Assembly: GCA_021324755.1 (NCBI GenBank)
Contig: JAJPIL010000010.1
Coordinates: forward strand, 1,097 to 65,096
Direction of reading: 5' to 3'
Length of the DNA: 64,000 nucleotides
From: Pseudomonadota bacterium
GTDB lineage: Bacteria; Desulfobacterota; Binatia; Binatales; Binataceae
Shown here: piece after piece, positions 8,531 to 18,997 of the stretch
How the letters are laid out: each line of letters opens with the position of its first letter
How positions within the stretch are numbered: position 1 is the stretch's first letter
Program-made: the position numbers and the translations under genes
The notes under the pieces: model-generated
Databases searched by the model: none
What the model saw: the letters and a program-made list of their open reading frames with translations, nothing else
Told to the model about the DNA's origin: nothing

Positions 8531-11176
8531 CTACAATCTCGCCAAAAGACTCACCGGAAACCGTTTGAATAACTGCGAAGGTGTAACAATCTCCTGATCC
8601 AATATTTCACCTGTCAGAACGTTGCACCATCTTCTGCCGGGCAGTCTAATCGTCGTGTCGGCCCAGTCTCCTTGAAGCTTCAAGCTAAGTCTTGGCACCA
8701 CCGCTACCACGTGTTCACCGCGAGCAAAGGCGACCAGGTGAGAAGCAAACTGTCCTTGCGCAAAGATTGGGCGGTAAGTAGAGGACGGAGCGAACCATGA
8801 AGGATTGCTACGGCGGAGACCCAGGCCTTTTTTGATTAGCCACAGCTTAGGCAATCCTTCGTCTGCCCGTTCGTTAATCTCGTCGATCGACAGAGTCGTC
8901 AGTTCGCTAAGAAGACGTTGTCTTAGCTTGAAGTCGACCGGCCGGCGATTGTCCGGATCGACTAGACTAAAATTCCAGAGCTCGGTGCCTTGGTAAAAAT
9001 CTGGAATTCCAGGCGCAGTGATTTTGATTAAGGTTTGAGCCAAAGAGTTAACGCGTCCAGGATGTTGGATCAAAGCGATAAACTCTTGCAGAGAATCAAT
9101 GAAGCTGCCGTTATTCAGACATGCGCTCAAAAAGCTCGTCAACTCGCTCTCGTAGGAAGAGCATGGATTTTCCCATGAAGTATGAAGTCGAGCTTCTCGG
9201 ACGGCCTTGATCATGAAAGCGCGGATGCGCTCTGGCTCGATAGGCCATACGCCAACCATCGTCTGATAGAACACGTATTCGGCGTGCCGATCTGGTTCGC
9301 CCGGCCAGCTCGCTCGGTTAAGCTCGGCCCATCGCGTCACCGCGCAGCGCCATCGCTCAGGAATCTCCGATAGAACGCAAAGTCGGGCCCTTACATCTTC
9401 GCTCCGTTTAGTGTCATGAGTCGAGGTCGAAAGCAGCGCCAAAGGCGAAGACTTCTGCGCCTCGATCATTGCTTCATGAAACTCGTCCAGCGTTACTCCA
9501 CAGCGCGCCGGGTCAGCTCCAACCTCGTTTAAAACCAACAGTGGGTTGTAACAATAGAAAGCCGTGTCCTCGATGCCTTTTGCCATCACGGCTGGCGGCA
9601 ACTGCTGGAATCGTTCCACAAAATCGCCTTCAAGAGTACCGTCGATTTCCAAAAGGAAAAGTTTTTTCAAAAGATCGAAAAGCCCACCGTCTAGGTCTCG
9701 TCGTGCCCGAGCCGCCGCGCTAATCGTGGACTCCAGTATGGCCCGATCCACCGGTCTGACATATTTCCGAGAAGGTTCGATGTACGTACGGTAGACGGGC
9801 AAACAAACCATCACCTCGCACAACGCCTCCTTTAGCTCTAGGCGAGTAAAATCGCGGTACTCCGGCCGACATTCACAAATACGCAGAAGCCTTTCCGTCA
9901 ACCGAGAAACGTCAGGGGCCAAAAGTTCCTGAAGAATCAGGCGCTTCTTGGATCGAGCAACTTCAGCGAATTCTGCCCTATCACCGGTGAACTCCCGGTA
10001 GAAGTCCGCTATTTCTCTGGCACCTTCTGGTTCAATAAAAAGTCCGCCTACCAGATTTAAAAAATCGTAGCCGGTCGTTCCCGAAACCGGCCATTCTTTG
10101 GGAATTCGTTCGCCTGTGGCTAGAATTTTTTCGACTAGCAGCCAAGCTTGCGGCGCCTGTCGCGCAATTCGCTCCAGATACTCTCTTGGTCTACGCAAAC
10201 CGTCGATATGATCGATTCGCAAACCATCCACCTTCTGCTCGCTCAGCAAACGCAAAGGTAGGGCATGAGTCTCGGCGAATACCCTTTCGTCTTCGACTCG
10301 TAAGCCGACAAGCGAATTGACCGCGAAAAATCTTCTATAGTTCAGCTCGCTCAAAGCCCGGCGCCAGAAAGCGACGCAGTAATGTTGTTCCTCTAAAAAC
10401 GCGTCAAGCTTGGCGGGATCGGTGTTGATTTCGGTGATAAGCGCATCCAGGGCGTCGGCAGCTCGAGGTTCCTCTTCAAGACAGCGAGCGACCAGGTCGC
10501 GCAAAAAACAGAGTTTAGAAACTAACTGGTCGTCCCCGGGAGCAACTTGTTTTGCCCGCCGGGCCAAAAATTCGAAAGCGTTTGCAAACAGCGCCAACTT
10601 GAGGCAATTTGCTCGTTCGGCCGCCGCATGCAGCAGACGGGTTACCGAATGTGGCGCCAAAGGTAAACGACAGTCGTCGCACGCGACCTCGAACGCGCCG
10701 CCGCGCCGCCGAATGGCAACTTCGCCGCCTTCGAGTGCCTGGAAGTAACGCTTGTTCAAAACCGGCAGAAGGATCCTTTTCTTAAGCCGCGGTTCGGAAA
10801 ATTCCCAGTCTATGTCGAAAACACAGGCGTGGGGACTTTCGGCGCCAAGTTCGAGCACTTCTGACCACCACCGATTGTACGGATACGCCGTCGCCATGTG
10901 ATTTGGCACGACGTCGATAATCTGGCCCATCTTGAGCGCCTGAAGCGCGCGACAGAGCGTTTCGTAACCGCTGTCGCCTCCCAGTTCCGCGCTCACTCGA
11001 GTCGGATCGACTACGTCGTAGCCGTGCTCGCTGCCCGGAACGGCTTGCAAAATTGGTGACAGATAGACGTGGCTGATGCCCAGGTCCTTCAGGTACGGAG
11101 CGAGCGCAGCGAGCGGGGCAAAGCCTACTTGGCCCGACAACTGAACGCGGCAAGTTGCGACCGGCTCAATCGACAC
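8531..11176 (-). CDS. treY: Malto-oligosyltrehalose synthase
   Basis: YLSPIL, HGYDVVDP, DVVPNHM, LNYRRFF, GLRIDHIDGL, VEKIL, STHDTKRSED, PDFYQGTE, LVDPDNRRPVD. Confidence 0.96.
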   Translation of the reverse strand: MSIEPVATCRVQLSGQVGFAPLAALAPYLKDLGISHVYLSPILQAVPGSEHGYDVVDPTRVSAELGGDSGYETLCRALQALKMGQIIDVVPNHMATAYPYNRWWSEVLELGAESPHACVFDIDWEFSEPRLKKRILLPVLNKRYFQALEGGEVAIRRRGGAFEVACDDCRLPLAPHSVTRLLHAAAERANCLKLALFANAFEFLARRAKQVAPGDDQLVSKLCFLRDLVARCLEEEPRAADALDALITEINTDPAKLDAFLEEQHYCVAFWRRALSELNYRRFFAVNSLVGLRVEDERVFAETHALPLRLLSEQKVDGLRIDHIDGLRRPREYLERIARQAPQAWLLVEKILATGERIPKEWPVSGTTGYDFLNLVGGLFIEPEGAREIADFYREFTGDRAEFAEVARSKKRLILQELLAPDVSRLTERLLRICECRPEYRDFTRLELKEALCEVMVCLPVYRTYIEPSRKYVRPVDRAILESTISAAARARRDLDGGLFDLLKKLFLLEIDGTLEGDFVERFQQLPPAVMAKGIEDTAFYCYNPLLVLNEVGADPARCGVTLDEFHEAMIEAQKSSPLALLSTSTHDTKRSEDVRARLCVLSEIPERWRCAVTRWAELNRASWPGEPDRHAEYVFYQTMVGVWPIEPERIRAFMIKAVREARLHTSWENPCSSYESELTSFLSACLNNGSFIDSLQEFIALIQHPGRVNSLAQTLIKITAPGIPDFYQGTELWNFSLVDPDNRRPVDFKLRQRLLSELTTLSIDEINERADEGLPKLWLIKKGLGLRRSNPSWFAPSSTYRPIFAQGQFASHLVAFARGEHVVAVVPRLSLKLQGDWADTTIRLPGRRWCNVLTGEILDQEIVTPSQLFKRFPVSLLARL

Positions 11177-13295
11177 GTTGCAACACCGTTACAGAGCGCG
11201 CTTCAACCCGTAAACTCTGACCCGAACGCAACGTCTTTTCGTCGCTGTCTACCCAGCCTACGGCGCTGTCGAGTACGACTTTCCAGGTGTTTCCCCACTG
11301 GCGGGTAGGCAATGTGAAGTTTACCGCCTCGTGGTGCGCATTGAATAGAATGTAAAAGCTTTGATCTACGACTCGATTCCCCATCGGGTCAGGGCTCGGG
11401 ATCTCTTGGCCGTTCAAATAAACGCCAAGGCATTTGGCGAAGCCGCTGGTCCAGTCTTCTTCGGACATCTCCTCGCCGTCGGGCTTAAACCAACCAATAT
11501 CGCTAACGCCTTTGCCTCTGATCGCTCGCCCCACGAACCACCGCCGTCGGCGGAACACTGGATGCTCCCTCCTGAAGTGAATTAGCCTTTGGGTGAAGCT
11601 CAAAAGCTCTTTGTCGACTTTGTCCCAATTGAGCCAACTAATTTCGTTGTCCTGGCAGTACGCGTTGTTGTTGCCTTGTTGGGTGCGGCCGAGCTCGTCG
11701 CCCGCCAGTAGCATCGGGACTCCTTGGGAAAGGAAAAGCGTTATCAAGAAATTTCGCTTTTGGCGCTGGCGCAGCTGGTTAATTTCAGGATCGTCGGTAG
11801 GTCCCTCGACGCCGCAGTTCCACGAGCGGTTGTCATCGGTCCCATCTTTATTGTCTTCCAAATTCGCCTCGTTATGCTTGTCATTGTAGGAAACCAGGTC
11901 GTGCAGCGTAAAACCATCATGCGCGGTGATGAAGTTTAGGCTTGCGACAGGAGAGCGGCGGTTGGATTTGTACAAATCCGAGCTGCCGGTAAACCGTGTG
12001 GCGAACTCAGCCAGCGTAGCCTCGGCCCCGCGCCAGTAGTCTCGCACCGTATCCCGATACTTGCCGTTCCACTCCGACCATTGCGGGGGGAAATTTCCGA
12101 CCTGGTAGCCACCTTCGCCCAGATCCCATGGCTCGGCGATCAGCTTGACCTGGGACAAAACGGGGTCCTGGTGAATTATGTCGAAAAACGCTCCCAACCG
12201 GTCGACTTCATGCAGTTCACGCGCTAACGCGGAGGCCAAATCGAAGCGGAACCCGTCAACGTGCATCTGCAATACCCAATAACGCAAGCTGTCCATAATC
12301 AGTTGCAAAGCTCGCGGGCTTCTCATGTTCAAGGTATTGCCGCATCCCGTGTAGTCCACGTAGTAGCGCGGGTTATCGGCCGCCAATCGGTAGTAGAGGG
12401 GGTTGTCGATTCCCCGAAAACTCAACGTGGGACCTAGATGATTTCCTTCGGCGGTGTGGTTATAGACGACGTCGAGTATTACCTCCAAGCCGGCCGAGTG
12501 AAGAGCTTTCACCATGTTCTTGAACTCGGTTACCTGCTGTCCAAGACCACCAGAGCTCGAGTACCGGACGTCGGGCGCAAAATATCCTATTGAGTTGTAA
12601 CCCCAGTAGTTGGTAAGCCCGCGCTCTACCAGATGTCGGTCAGCCACAAAGTGATGAACAGGCATCAGTTCGACCGACGTAACGCCGAGGTCTCTAAGGT
12701 AGTTAATCGTCACCGGATGCCCAAAACCAGCATATGTGCCCCGCAATGGCCCGGGTATTTCCGGGTGAAGCTTGGTAAAGCCCTTGACGTGAAGTTCGTA
12801 GATAACGGTCTCGTGCAAGGGGATCTTTAAGAGTCGATCTTCTCCCCAGTCAAAATTTTCATCGACTACAACGCTTTTAGGTATGGCTTTGGCGTTGTCG
12901 CGCTCGTCCTTGCTAAGATCCGCTTCAGGGTGACCTACTTGATACGCGAGCAGGGTATCATCCCATGCTACCGTGCGGTCGATAGCTTTAGCGTAAGGGT
13001 CAAGCAGCACTTTTGCGGGATTAAAGCGTAGGCCCTTGTCAGGCTCATAAGGCCCATACACTCGATATCCGTAACGCTGACCCGGCATGATACCCGGAAC
13101 GTACACATGCCAAACCAAGTCGGTCACTTCGGTCAATCTAATCCGCTCCAATTCCTTATTGCCGTCGTGACCCCCGAACAAACACAGCTCGACCTTTTCG
13201 ACCCATTCGCTCTCGACCGCGAGTGCGAAATTGACTCCACTTCCGTCTCAAACCGCACCCAAGGGATAGGACGCACCAGGCCTGACTTTCGTCAT
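11166..13295 (-). CDS. glgX: Glycogen debranching enzyme GlgX/TreX with an in-frame TGA at codon 16 (possible pseudogene or sequence error)
   Basis: IYELHVKGFT, NYWGYN, LDVVYNHTAEG, DGFRFDLA, LIAEPWD, FITAHDGFTL. The frame extends upstream of the track start (13181) to ATG 13295: MTKVRPGASYPLGAV*DGSGVNFAL, with TGA at 13248-13250. Confidence 0.92.
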
Positions 13296-13540
13296 AAGGG
13301 AGCTCCCAACATCTTTAGTTGAATTGTTTTAGTGTATCACGTGGCTTGTGACGCCAGTATGTGACTTGATTGGGCCCCTAGTTGACACTTAGCTGCGCCG
13401 CGACGCTAAGATTGATTGATGGCAGGCTTCGTCTGACCGAGAAGCTGACCTGTATAGCAGCTCTCAGGCTCGCACGCCGAAGTGGGCTTTCGGTTGGAGT
13501 TCGCTATTCGAAGCCGAGCGTTCGAAGCCTTGGGGGACTA

Positions 13541-15202
13541 ATGACTGGCTTAAAAGAGCAAACAGTTCGGGGGGCAAAAAGTTTTGCCGAGGCTCGCCTA
13601 CGCCATCGCTGGCAAATTCCTGAGGATTACAACGTTGCTAGAGATTGCCTTGACCGGCACGCGAAAACCCCACACAAACCCGCTTTGTACTACGAGGAAG
13701 AGGGTGGGGCAAAGGCGACGTACACGTTCGGGCAGATTATAGAGGCGAGCAATCGCATGGCCAATGCCTTGCGAGGTCTCGGCGTGGAACATGGGGATGT
13801 CGTGGCGCTGAATTTGCCAGCGCGGCCTGAAACAGCGATTCTCCATATGGCTATTTATCGTCTCGGAGCGATCGCGCTTCCGATTTCGCGTTTGTTCGGG
13901 CCGGACGGAATTAAATACCGAGTCGAACACGCCCGGGCGCGCGTGATCGCCGTCGAAGCTCAAGACTTAGAGAAACTTGACGAGCTTCGGCGTATGGGCA
14001 GAGATGCACCACAGATAGTGGTCGTGGGAAACCACCGAGGCCCGACAAGCTTTGACGAGCTTCTCCGCGCGGCCTCGCCTCAGTTTACAATGGGGCCCAC
14101 CTCCGCGGAGGATCCTATTTTGCTTATGTACACTTCGGGCACAACCGGCGACCCGAAGGGCGTTCTGCACGTTGCTCGTTTCGTGGCCGGCCATAACGGC
14201 GCGGACTATTCCGCCAACTTTTTCCGCGAAAACGATATCTTTTACAGTCCCTCCGACTGGGCCTGGGTGGGCGGTCTGTCGTTGAGTTTGCTCGCCCTTT
14301 GGCCATACGGGGTTCCAGCCGTAGTGTTCCGCAGCAACGCCCGATTCGACCCCGAGCGTGCCCTCAACCTGATGGAGCGCTACGGCGTAACGGTGAGCTT
14401 TCTTGCGCCCACAGCGCTGAAAGCGCTGCGAGAAGTAACGAATCCCCGTGAGAAATACGCTCGACTGCGCGTGCGGTGTGTGTCGAGCGGCGCGGAGCCA
14501 GTAAGCCCCGAGCTCAACTACTGGGTTAGAGAAAAATTAAGGGCCGATTTCAATCAACTTTACGGACAGACGGAGGCGATGATCTTTGTGGGGGATTGCT
14601 CCGCGCTTGAACAACCCAACCCCGAGGCGTTGGGAAAACCGTTTCCTGGCCACGAAGTAGCTATCCTCGACCCGGAGGGGAAGCCGCTCGGCGAGGGACA
14701 AAGCGGCGAGATCGCGATCCGGCGCGATAGCCCCATCGTGATGAAAACTTACTGGCAAAATCCTTCGGCGGCAGAGGAAAAATTCGCCGGACAGTGGTGT
14801 CGCACGGGCGATTTGGGATACATCGACGACCGCGGATACGTCTACTTTCAAGGACGCACCGACGACATCATCAAGACCTCCGGCATGAGAGTTGGCCCAG
14901 CCGAGGTCGAAGCAAAAATAATGGAGCACAAAGCGGTAGCCACCTGCGCAGTCATTGGAGTTCCCGACCCAGAGCGAGGCGAAGCAATCAAGGCTTTTGT
15001 CAAGCTGCTCCCAGGATTTTCGCCTTCCGGTGAGATCGCCCAGGAAATTCAGCAACATGTAAAGAAACGCCTTGCGGCACATGCTTATCCGCGGGAAATC
15101 GAGTTCGTCGATAGCTTGCCGATGACTGTAACGGGCAAAATTCGCAGGCGAGAATTGCGCGAAATGGAGGAGCGACGTCGCAAGCAACAGCAGCAAACGT
15201 AG
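13541..15202 (+). CDS. AMP-binding acyl-CoA synthetase (acid-CoA ligase)
   Basis: MYTSGTTGDPKGVLH, YGQTE, TGDLG, GRTDDIIKTSG, LPMTVTGKIRR. GGGGGA RBS before ATG 13541. Confidence 0.92.
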   Translation: MTGLKEQTVRGAKSFAEARLRHRWQIPEDYNVARDCLDRHAKTPHKPALYYEEEGGAKATYTFGQIIEASNRMANALRGLGVEHGDVVALNLPARPETAILHMAIYRLGAIALPISRLFGPDGIKYRVEHARARVIAVEAQDLEKLDELRRMGRDAPQIVVVGNHRGPTSFDELLRAASPQFTMGPTSAEDPILLMYTSGTTGDPKGVLHVARFVAGHNGADYSANFFRENDIFYSPSDWAWVGGLSLSLLALWPYGVPAVVFRSNARFDPERALNLMERYGVTVSFLAPTALKALREVTNPREKYARLRVRCVSSGAEPVSPELNYWVREKLRADFNQLYGQTEAMIFVGDCSALEQPNPEALGKPFPGHEVAILDPEGKPLGEGQSGEIAIRRDSPIVMKTYWQNPSAAEEKFAGQWCRTGDLGYIDDRGYVYFQGRTDDIIKTSGMRVGPAEVEAKIMEHKAVATCAVIGVPDPERGEAIKAFVKLLPGFSPSGEIAQEIQQHVKKRLAAHAYPREIEFVDSLPMTVTGKIRRRELREMEERRRKQQQQT

Positions 15203-15342
15203 ACTTCTGGCGCGAAATAATCTCGCTCGTTAATCGTGCGCCGTAAGCAAGTTTGTCGCCTCTAGTTGGGGCTTACGACCTTTGCGGTTAGCTCGTAATG
15301 AAACTCGAAGCAGAGCACAATGACGAAGGGGAAGTCACAACT

Positions 15343-16365
15343 ATGCGAAAGATAGACATTCCAGAAAACGGTTTTGAGCAGCCGCCCGAGATCGCGATGC
15401 CGAATATTTTTCCTATCGAATGGCGGGTCGAGACGCCGAAGCTCGCGGAGATCTACGAGCGCGCCAAGCGCGAGGGGTTCAATCCGTCCCTTATCGCATG
15501 GGACCAGCTTAATCCCGAACAGTGGAGCCGCGACGAGCGAGTCGCGATCATGTACTGGTGGGCGGTGCTTTCCAATTTCGACTCGTCGGGGCCTCCTGTT
15601 TTCGCGCGCGCGATGATACGCGCTTTCGAAACCCATCAGGAAGACCCGGTACGGAAATGTTTTTTCTCGATCACCCGCGACGAGGCGCATCATGAAGAAT
15701 GCTGCCAGAGGGTGATTCAGCGTCTCGTTCCAGGTGGCCCCTTGAACTTCACGCCGACAACCGTACTCGAAAAAGCCGCCCACAACAACATCAGCTGGCT
15801 TTACCACAACGGCGCGCGTTACTGGAAGGGCTTCTGCCGCGCTATCGAGCGCTATCCTCTCTCGATACTTTTCACCTCCTTCATGATGGGCGAGGTAGCT
15901 TCTTCGAGCCTGTTTCATGGAATGGCTCGCAAGACGACAAATCCGGTCTTCAGGGAGATTTTCACCAAAATTGGGCGAGACGAGGCGCGCCATCTCCAAA
16001 TTTGCATCACCCTTCTCGAAAAGGAATCGCCTCGGCTCACCCAGGAAGACAAGCAGTTCGTCACCAAGCAATTGCGAGCAGGCTTTGTTTTTCTGTCGAT
16101 GGTGCTGTGGGAGCCTCCCGACGAGTTTTGGCAGCTGCCGCCTTATTTCATGCCGAATCACAGGGTGCTGCTGGACATCGCGCGCGAAGCGGGCCTTGGA
16201 TGCCTGACCTACGAAGAGCAAGCCGAAAATTGGAAGTTGGCGATGGCTCGTGTTTCAAGAATAGTAGAACGCTGGGGCATACAATTCCCAGCTATCCCAG
16301 AGCTCGACATCAAAGGTGTAGAAGTAGGCGACATCACAGCCGAAGATATCATTCCCGTGTTCTAA
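15343..16365 (+). CDS. Ferritin-like (class II diiron-carboxylate-type) protein of unknown function
   Basis: Counting from ATG 15343: D80, E114-x-x-H117 (RDEAHH), E184 (MGEVA), E214-x-x-H217 (RDEARH). Alternative ATG at 15298. Confidence 0.75.
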   Translation: MRKIDIPENGFEQPPEIAMPNIFPIEWRVETPKLAEIYERAKREGFNPSLIAWDQLNPEQWSRDERVAIMYWWAVLSNFDSSGPPVFARAMIRAFETHQEDPVRKCFFSITRDEAHHEECCQRVIQRLVPGGPLNFTPTTVLEKAAHNNISWLYHNGARYWKGFCRAIERYPLSILFTSFMMGEVASSSLFHGMARKTTNPVFREIFTKIGRDEARHLQICITLLEKESPRLTQEDKQFVTKQLRAGFVFLSMVLWEPPDEFWQLPPYFMPNHRVLLDIAREAGLGCLTYEEQAENWKLAMARVSRIVERWGIQFPAIPELDIKGVEVGDITAEDIIPVF

Positions 16366-16368
16366 AGG

Positions 16369-16399
16369 GCGCGGTACCAGGCAGGGCCTGGTACCGCGC
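16369..16399. promoter_or_regulatory. Strong intergenic stem-loop without U-tract
   Basis: GCGCGGTACCAGG-CAGGG-CCTGGTACCGCGC, a perfect 13-bp stem starting 4 nt after the diiron gene stop. Confidence 0.55.
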
Positions 16400-16522
16400 G
16401 AAAAGAGGCCCGCTTAACAAACGCATCTGCCTCTGCAAGTGAAGCGAACGAGACTGGCTTTCGCGGGGGAGCAAGGCGGCTCTGGAGGTAGGAGGCTCTC
16501 GAAACGCTGGGAGACGAGAAAC

Positions 16523-17296
16523 ATGACCGTTGAGCTTAATTTCGATGGCGCTTTGGCCGAGATCGTACTCAACCGGCCGGAAAAGATGAACGCGATTACC
16601 AATGCCATGGCGCAAAAGCTCCTCGCCTGTTTAGACAAGGCCCAGGACGCGAATGTGCGAGCCTTGATAATACGTGGTGAAGGGCGGTCCTTTTGCGCAG
16701 GTCGGGACTTGGCCGAAGCAGATGTCGAGAACGAGGACGCGTACGCGATTCTCCACGACGTATTTAACCCGCTCATCGAGCGCGTGGCTGAATTTCCTGC
16801 TCCCACTTTCGCTGCGGTCCAGGGAGCTTGTTTGGGAGTCGGCCTTGGACTGGCTTTGGCATGCGACGTGGTGTACGTAGCTGACGACGCCAAGATTGGT
16901 TCGCCCTTCGCTCGGATCGGCGCCGTTTTGGATTCCGGCGGGCATGCCTTCTTCGTTGAGCGCCTCGGGTCCCATCGGGCCCTGGAGCTTATTTATAGCG
17001 GCCGCTTCCTTAGCGGAGAAGAGGCCGCTCAGTGGGGCCTTGTCAACCGCAGCGTAAAGAACTCGGTGCTGCTCGACGAACTTCGGGCGCTCGCCGCCGC
17101 AGTAGCGAAAGGACCGACCGTGGCGTTTCGCGAATCGAAGCGAATCGTGCGTCAGATTGAAAAGGAGCGTTTGGGATTCGATGCCATACTGGAGCTGGAA
17201 GCCAAAGCGCAAGCGGTCGCAGCGACGACCGCTGATTATCGCGAAGGTATAAGCGCTTTCCTCCAGAAGCGGTCCCCGCACTTTTTAGGGCGCTAA
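16523..17296 (+). CDS. Enoyl-CoA hydratase/isomerase family protein (PaaG-like)
   Basis: LNRPEKMNAI, RSFCAGRDL, AAVQGACLGVGLGLALACD, FARIGAVLDSGG, DYREGISAFLQKR. Confidence 0.88.
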   Translation: MTVELNFDGALAEIVLNRPEKMNAITNAMAQKLLACLDKAQDANVRALIIRGEGRSFCAGRDLAEADVENEDAYAILHDVFNPLIERVAEFPAPTFAAVQGACLGVGLGLALACDVVYVADDAKIGSPFARIGAVLDSGGHAFFVERLGSHRALELIYSGRFLSGEEAAQWGLVNRSVKNSVLLDELRALAAAVAKGPTVAFRESKRIVRQIEKERLGFDAILELEAKAQAVAATTADYREGISAFLQKRSPHFLGR

Positions 17297-17372
17297 AAGC
17301 TGGGAAAGCAACTGACTTTAAGCGCACGGATACAGAACCGGCGCGTTACCCGGCCTAGCAAAATCGAAGCGA

Positions 17373-18689
17373 CTACTTGATGTCGCGAAGAACCTGCCGC
17401 ACGATGTCTACGATTTTGTCTATATGGTGTTTTTCCACAATCAGCGGAGGCGAGAGCGCAATCGTATCGCCAGTAACGCGAATCAAGACCCCTCGTTCAA
17501 AGCATCCCACCAGAGCGTCATAGCCGCGCCGCCCGACTTCGTCGCCCCTTGGATGGAGCTCTATGCCGGCCATCAGGCCCAAGTTTCTGATATCCCTGAC
17601 GATCGAAATGTCGCGCAGGCTGTGCACGGCGTCTTCGAAGTACTCGCCGATTTCGGCGGCACGATGGAAGAGCCCTTCACGCAAGTATATTTCGAGCGCG
17701 GCTCTTCCGGCGGCACAGGCCAGAGGATGGCCCGAAAAAGTGTAGCCGTGAAAAAACTCGATCTGGTGATCTGGGCCGCTAGTAATCGTCTCATAGATGG
17801 ACGTTTTGGCGAACACCGCCCCCATCGGCACAGCCGCGTTGGTGATAGCTTTAGCGCACGTCATCAAGTCAGGCGTGACATTGAAAAACTGCCCCGCAAA
17901 AGGAGCACCAAGACGACCAAAGCCCGTGATCACTTCGTCAAAGATCAGCAACAAACCGTGTCGGTCGCAAATCTCGCGCAACCGCCGCAAGTACCCTTTG
18001 GGATGGACGATAACGCCGGCCGAGCCGTTGACCGGCTCGACGATTACGCCCGCGATGGTGGAAGGATCGTGTAAGGCGAGAATGCTTTCGAGATTGTCCG
18101 CCAGATGCGCGCCCCATCCAGGCTCGCCTCTGGAAAAAGCGTTGTGTTCGTAGTTAAGCGTGGTAGGCAGATGGTCGGCAGGAATCCAAGCACCGAACTG
18201 GGAACGGTTTTTGCCGATACCGCCGACCGAGATTCCGCCGAAACCGACCCCGTGATAGGCTTTTTCCTCCCCGATAAACCTCGTACGGTGTCCTTCGCCG
18301 CGAGCGCGATGATACGCCAGGGCGATCTTGAGCGCCGTGTCCACGGCTTCGGAGCCTGAGTTAGTGAAAAATACGCGGTCCAGGCCGTGAGGCGTGTGTT
18401 TTACAAGCTCGCTTGCGAACTCAAACGGACCGGGATGAGATATTTGAAAGCTCGGGGCGTAGTCGAGACGCGCAGCCTCCTGCGCGATCGCCTGCGCGAT
18501 TTCCTTGCGGCAATGACCGGCGTTGACGCACCAAAGGCCGGAAGTTGCATCGAGTATATCGTTGCCGGCTGCGTCCTTGTAGTACATCCCTTGCGCGCTC
18601 ACCAAAAGGCGCGGCGCCGCTTTGAACTGGCGGTTGGCCGTAAACGGCATCCAATAGTGGCTAAGCGAACTCTCGTACTCTCCGCTCAC
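17373..18689 (-). CDS. Class III aminotransferase, omega-amino acid (beta-alanine):pyruvate type
   Basis: YWMPFTANRQFK, SGLWCVNAGH, FFTNSGSEAVDTALK, AYHGVGFGG, FDEVITGFGRLG, PLP lysine in TCAKAITN. GTG at 18689 follows GGGAGG. Confidence 0.9.
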   Translation of the reverse strand: MSGEYESSLSHYWMPFTANRQFKAAPRLLVSAQGMYYKDAAGNDILDATSGLWCVNAGHCRKEIAQAIAQEAARLDYAPSFQISHPGPFEFASELVKHTPHGLDRVFFTNSGSEAVDTALKIALAYHRARGEGHRTRFIGEEKAYHGVGFGGISVGGIGKNRSQFGAWIPADHLPTTLNYEHNAFSRGEPGWGAHLADNLESILALHDPSTIAGVIVEPVNGSAGVIVHPKGYLRRLREICDRHGLLLIFDEVITGFGRLGAPFAGQFFNVTPDLMTCAKAITNAAVPMGAVFAKTSIYETITSGPDHQIEFFHGYTFSGHPLACAAGRAALEIYLREGLFHRAAEIGEYFEDAVHSLRDISIVRDIRNLGLMAGIELHPRGDEVGRRGYDALVGCFERGVLIRVTGDTIALSPPLIVEKHHIDKIVDIVRQVLRDIK

Positions 18690-18997
18690 CTTAGACAGAC
18701 CTCCCTGCAATCAGGCGCCTCAACCAGCGCTTAAGGAACGTGTCCCCCTTAAATTTATTTAGAACTCCTCGCTGAACGACACAGGCCTAGAATTGCGTGC
18801 CAACTATCGCACACTTATAACAAACAAATCAAATCAACACATGAGTCCGCGCAGTCGAATTATCACCGCATAGCGGCTTGCAACCACCAGAAGTCGCTTC
18901 GACCCGTTAATTCAATACTGACCGCACGCCTCGAGCATACCAGGCGTAAGCCGCTGCTCTGATTAATCCTATCCGAGCGCAATTCGAGCCAAAGCAC

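Noticed and set aside
13248-13250. UGA recoding (Trp or Sec) as a genome feature
   Set aside because: Many genes here terminate at TGA at expected lengths, and the position is Trp not Cys, so neither code 4/25 nor selenocysteine is supported.
18786-18803. TTGGCACG on the minus strand upstream of the aminotransferase as a sigma54 promoter
   Set aside because: No GC at the -12 position (reads TCTA).
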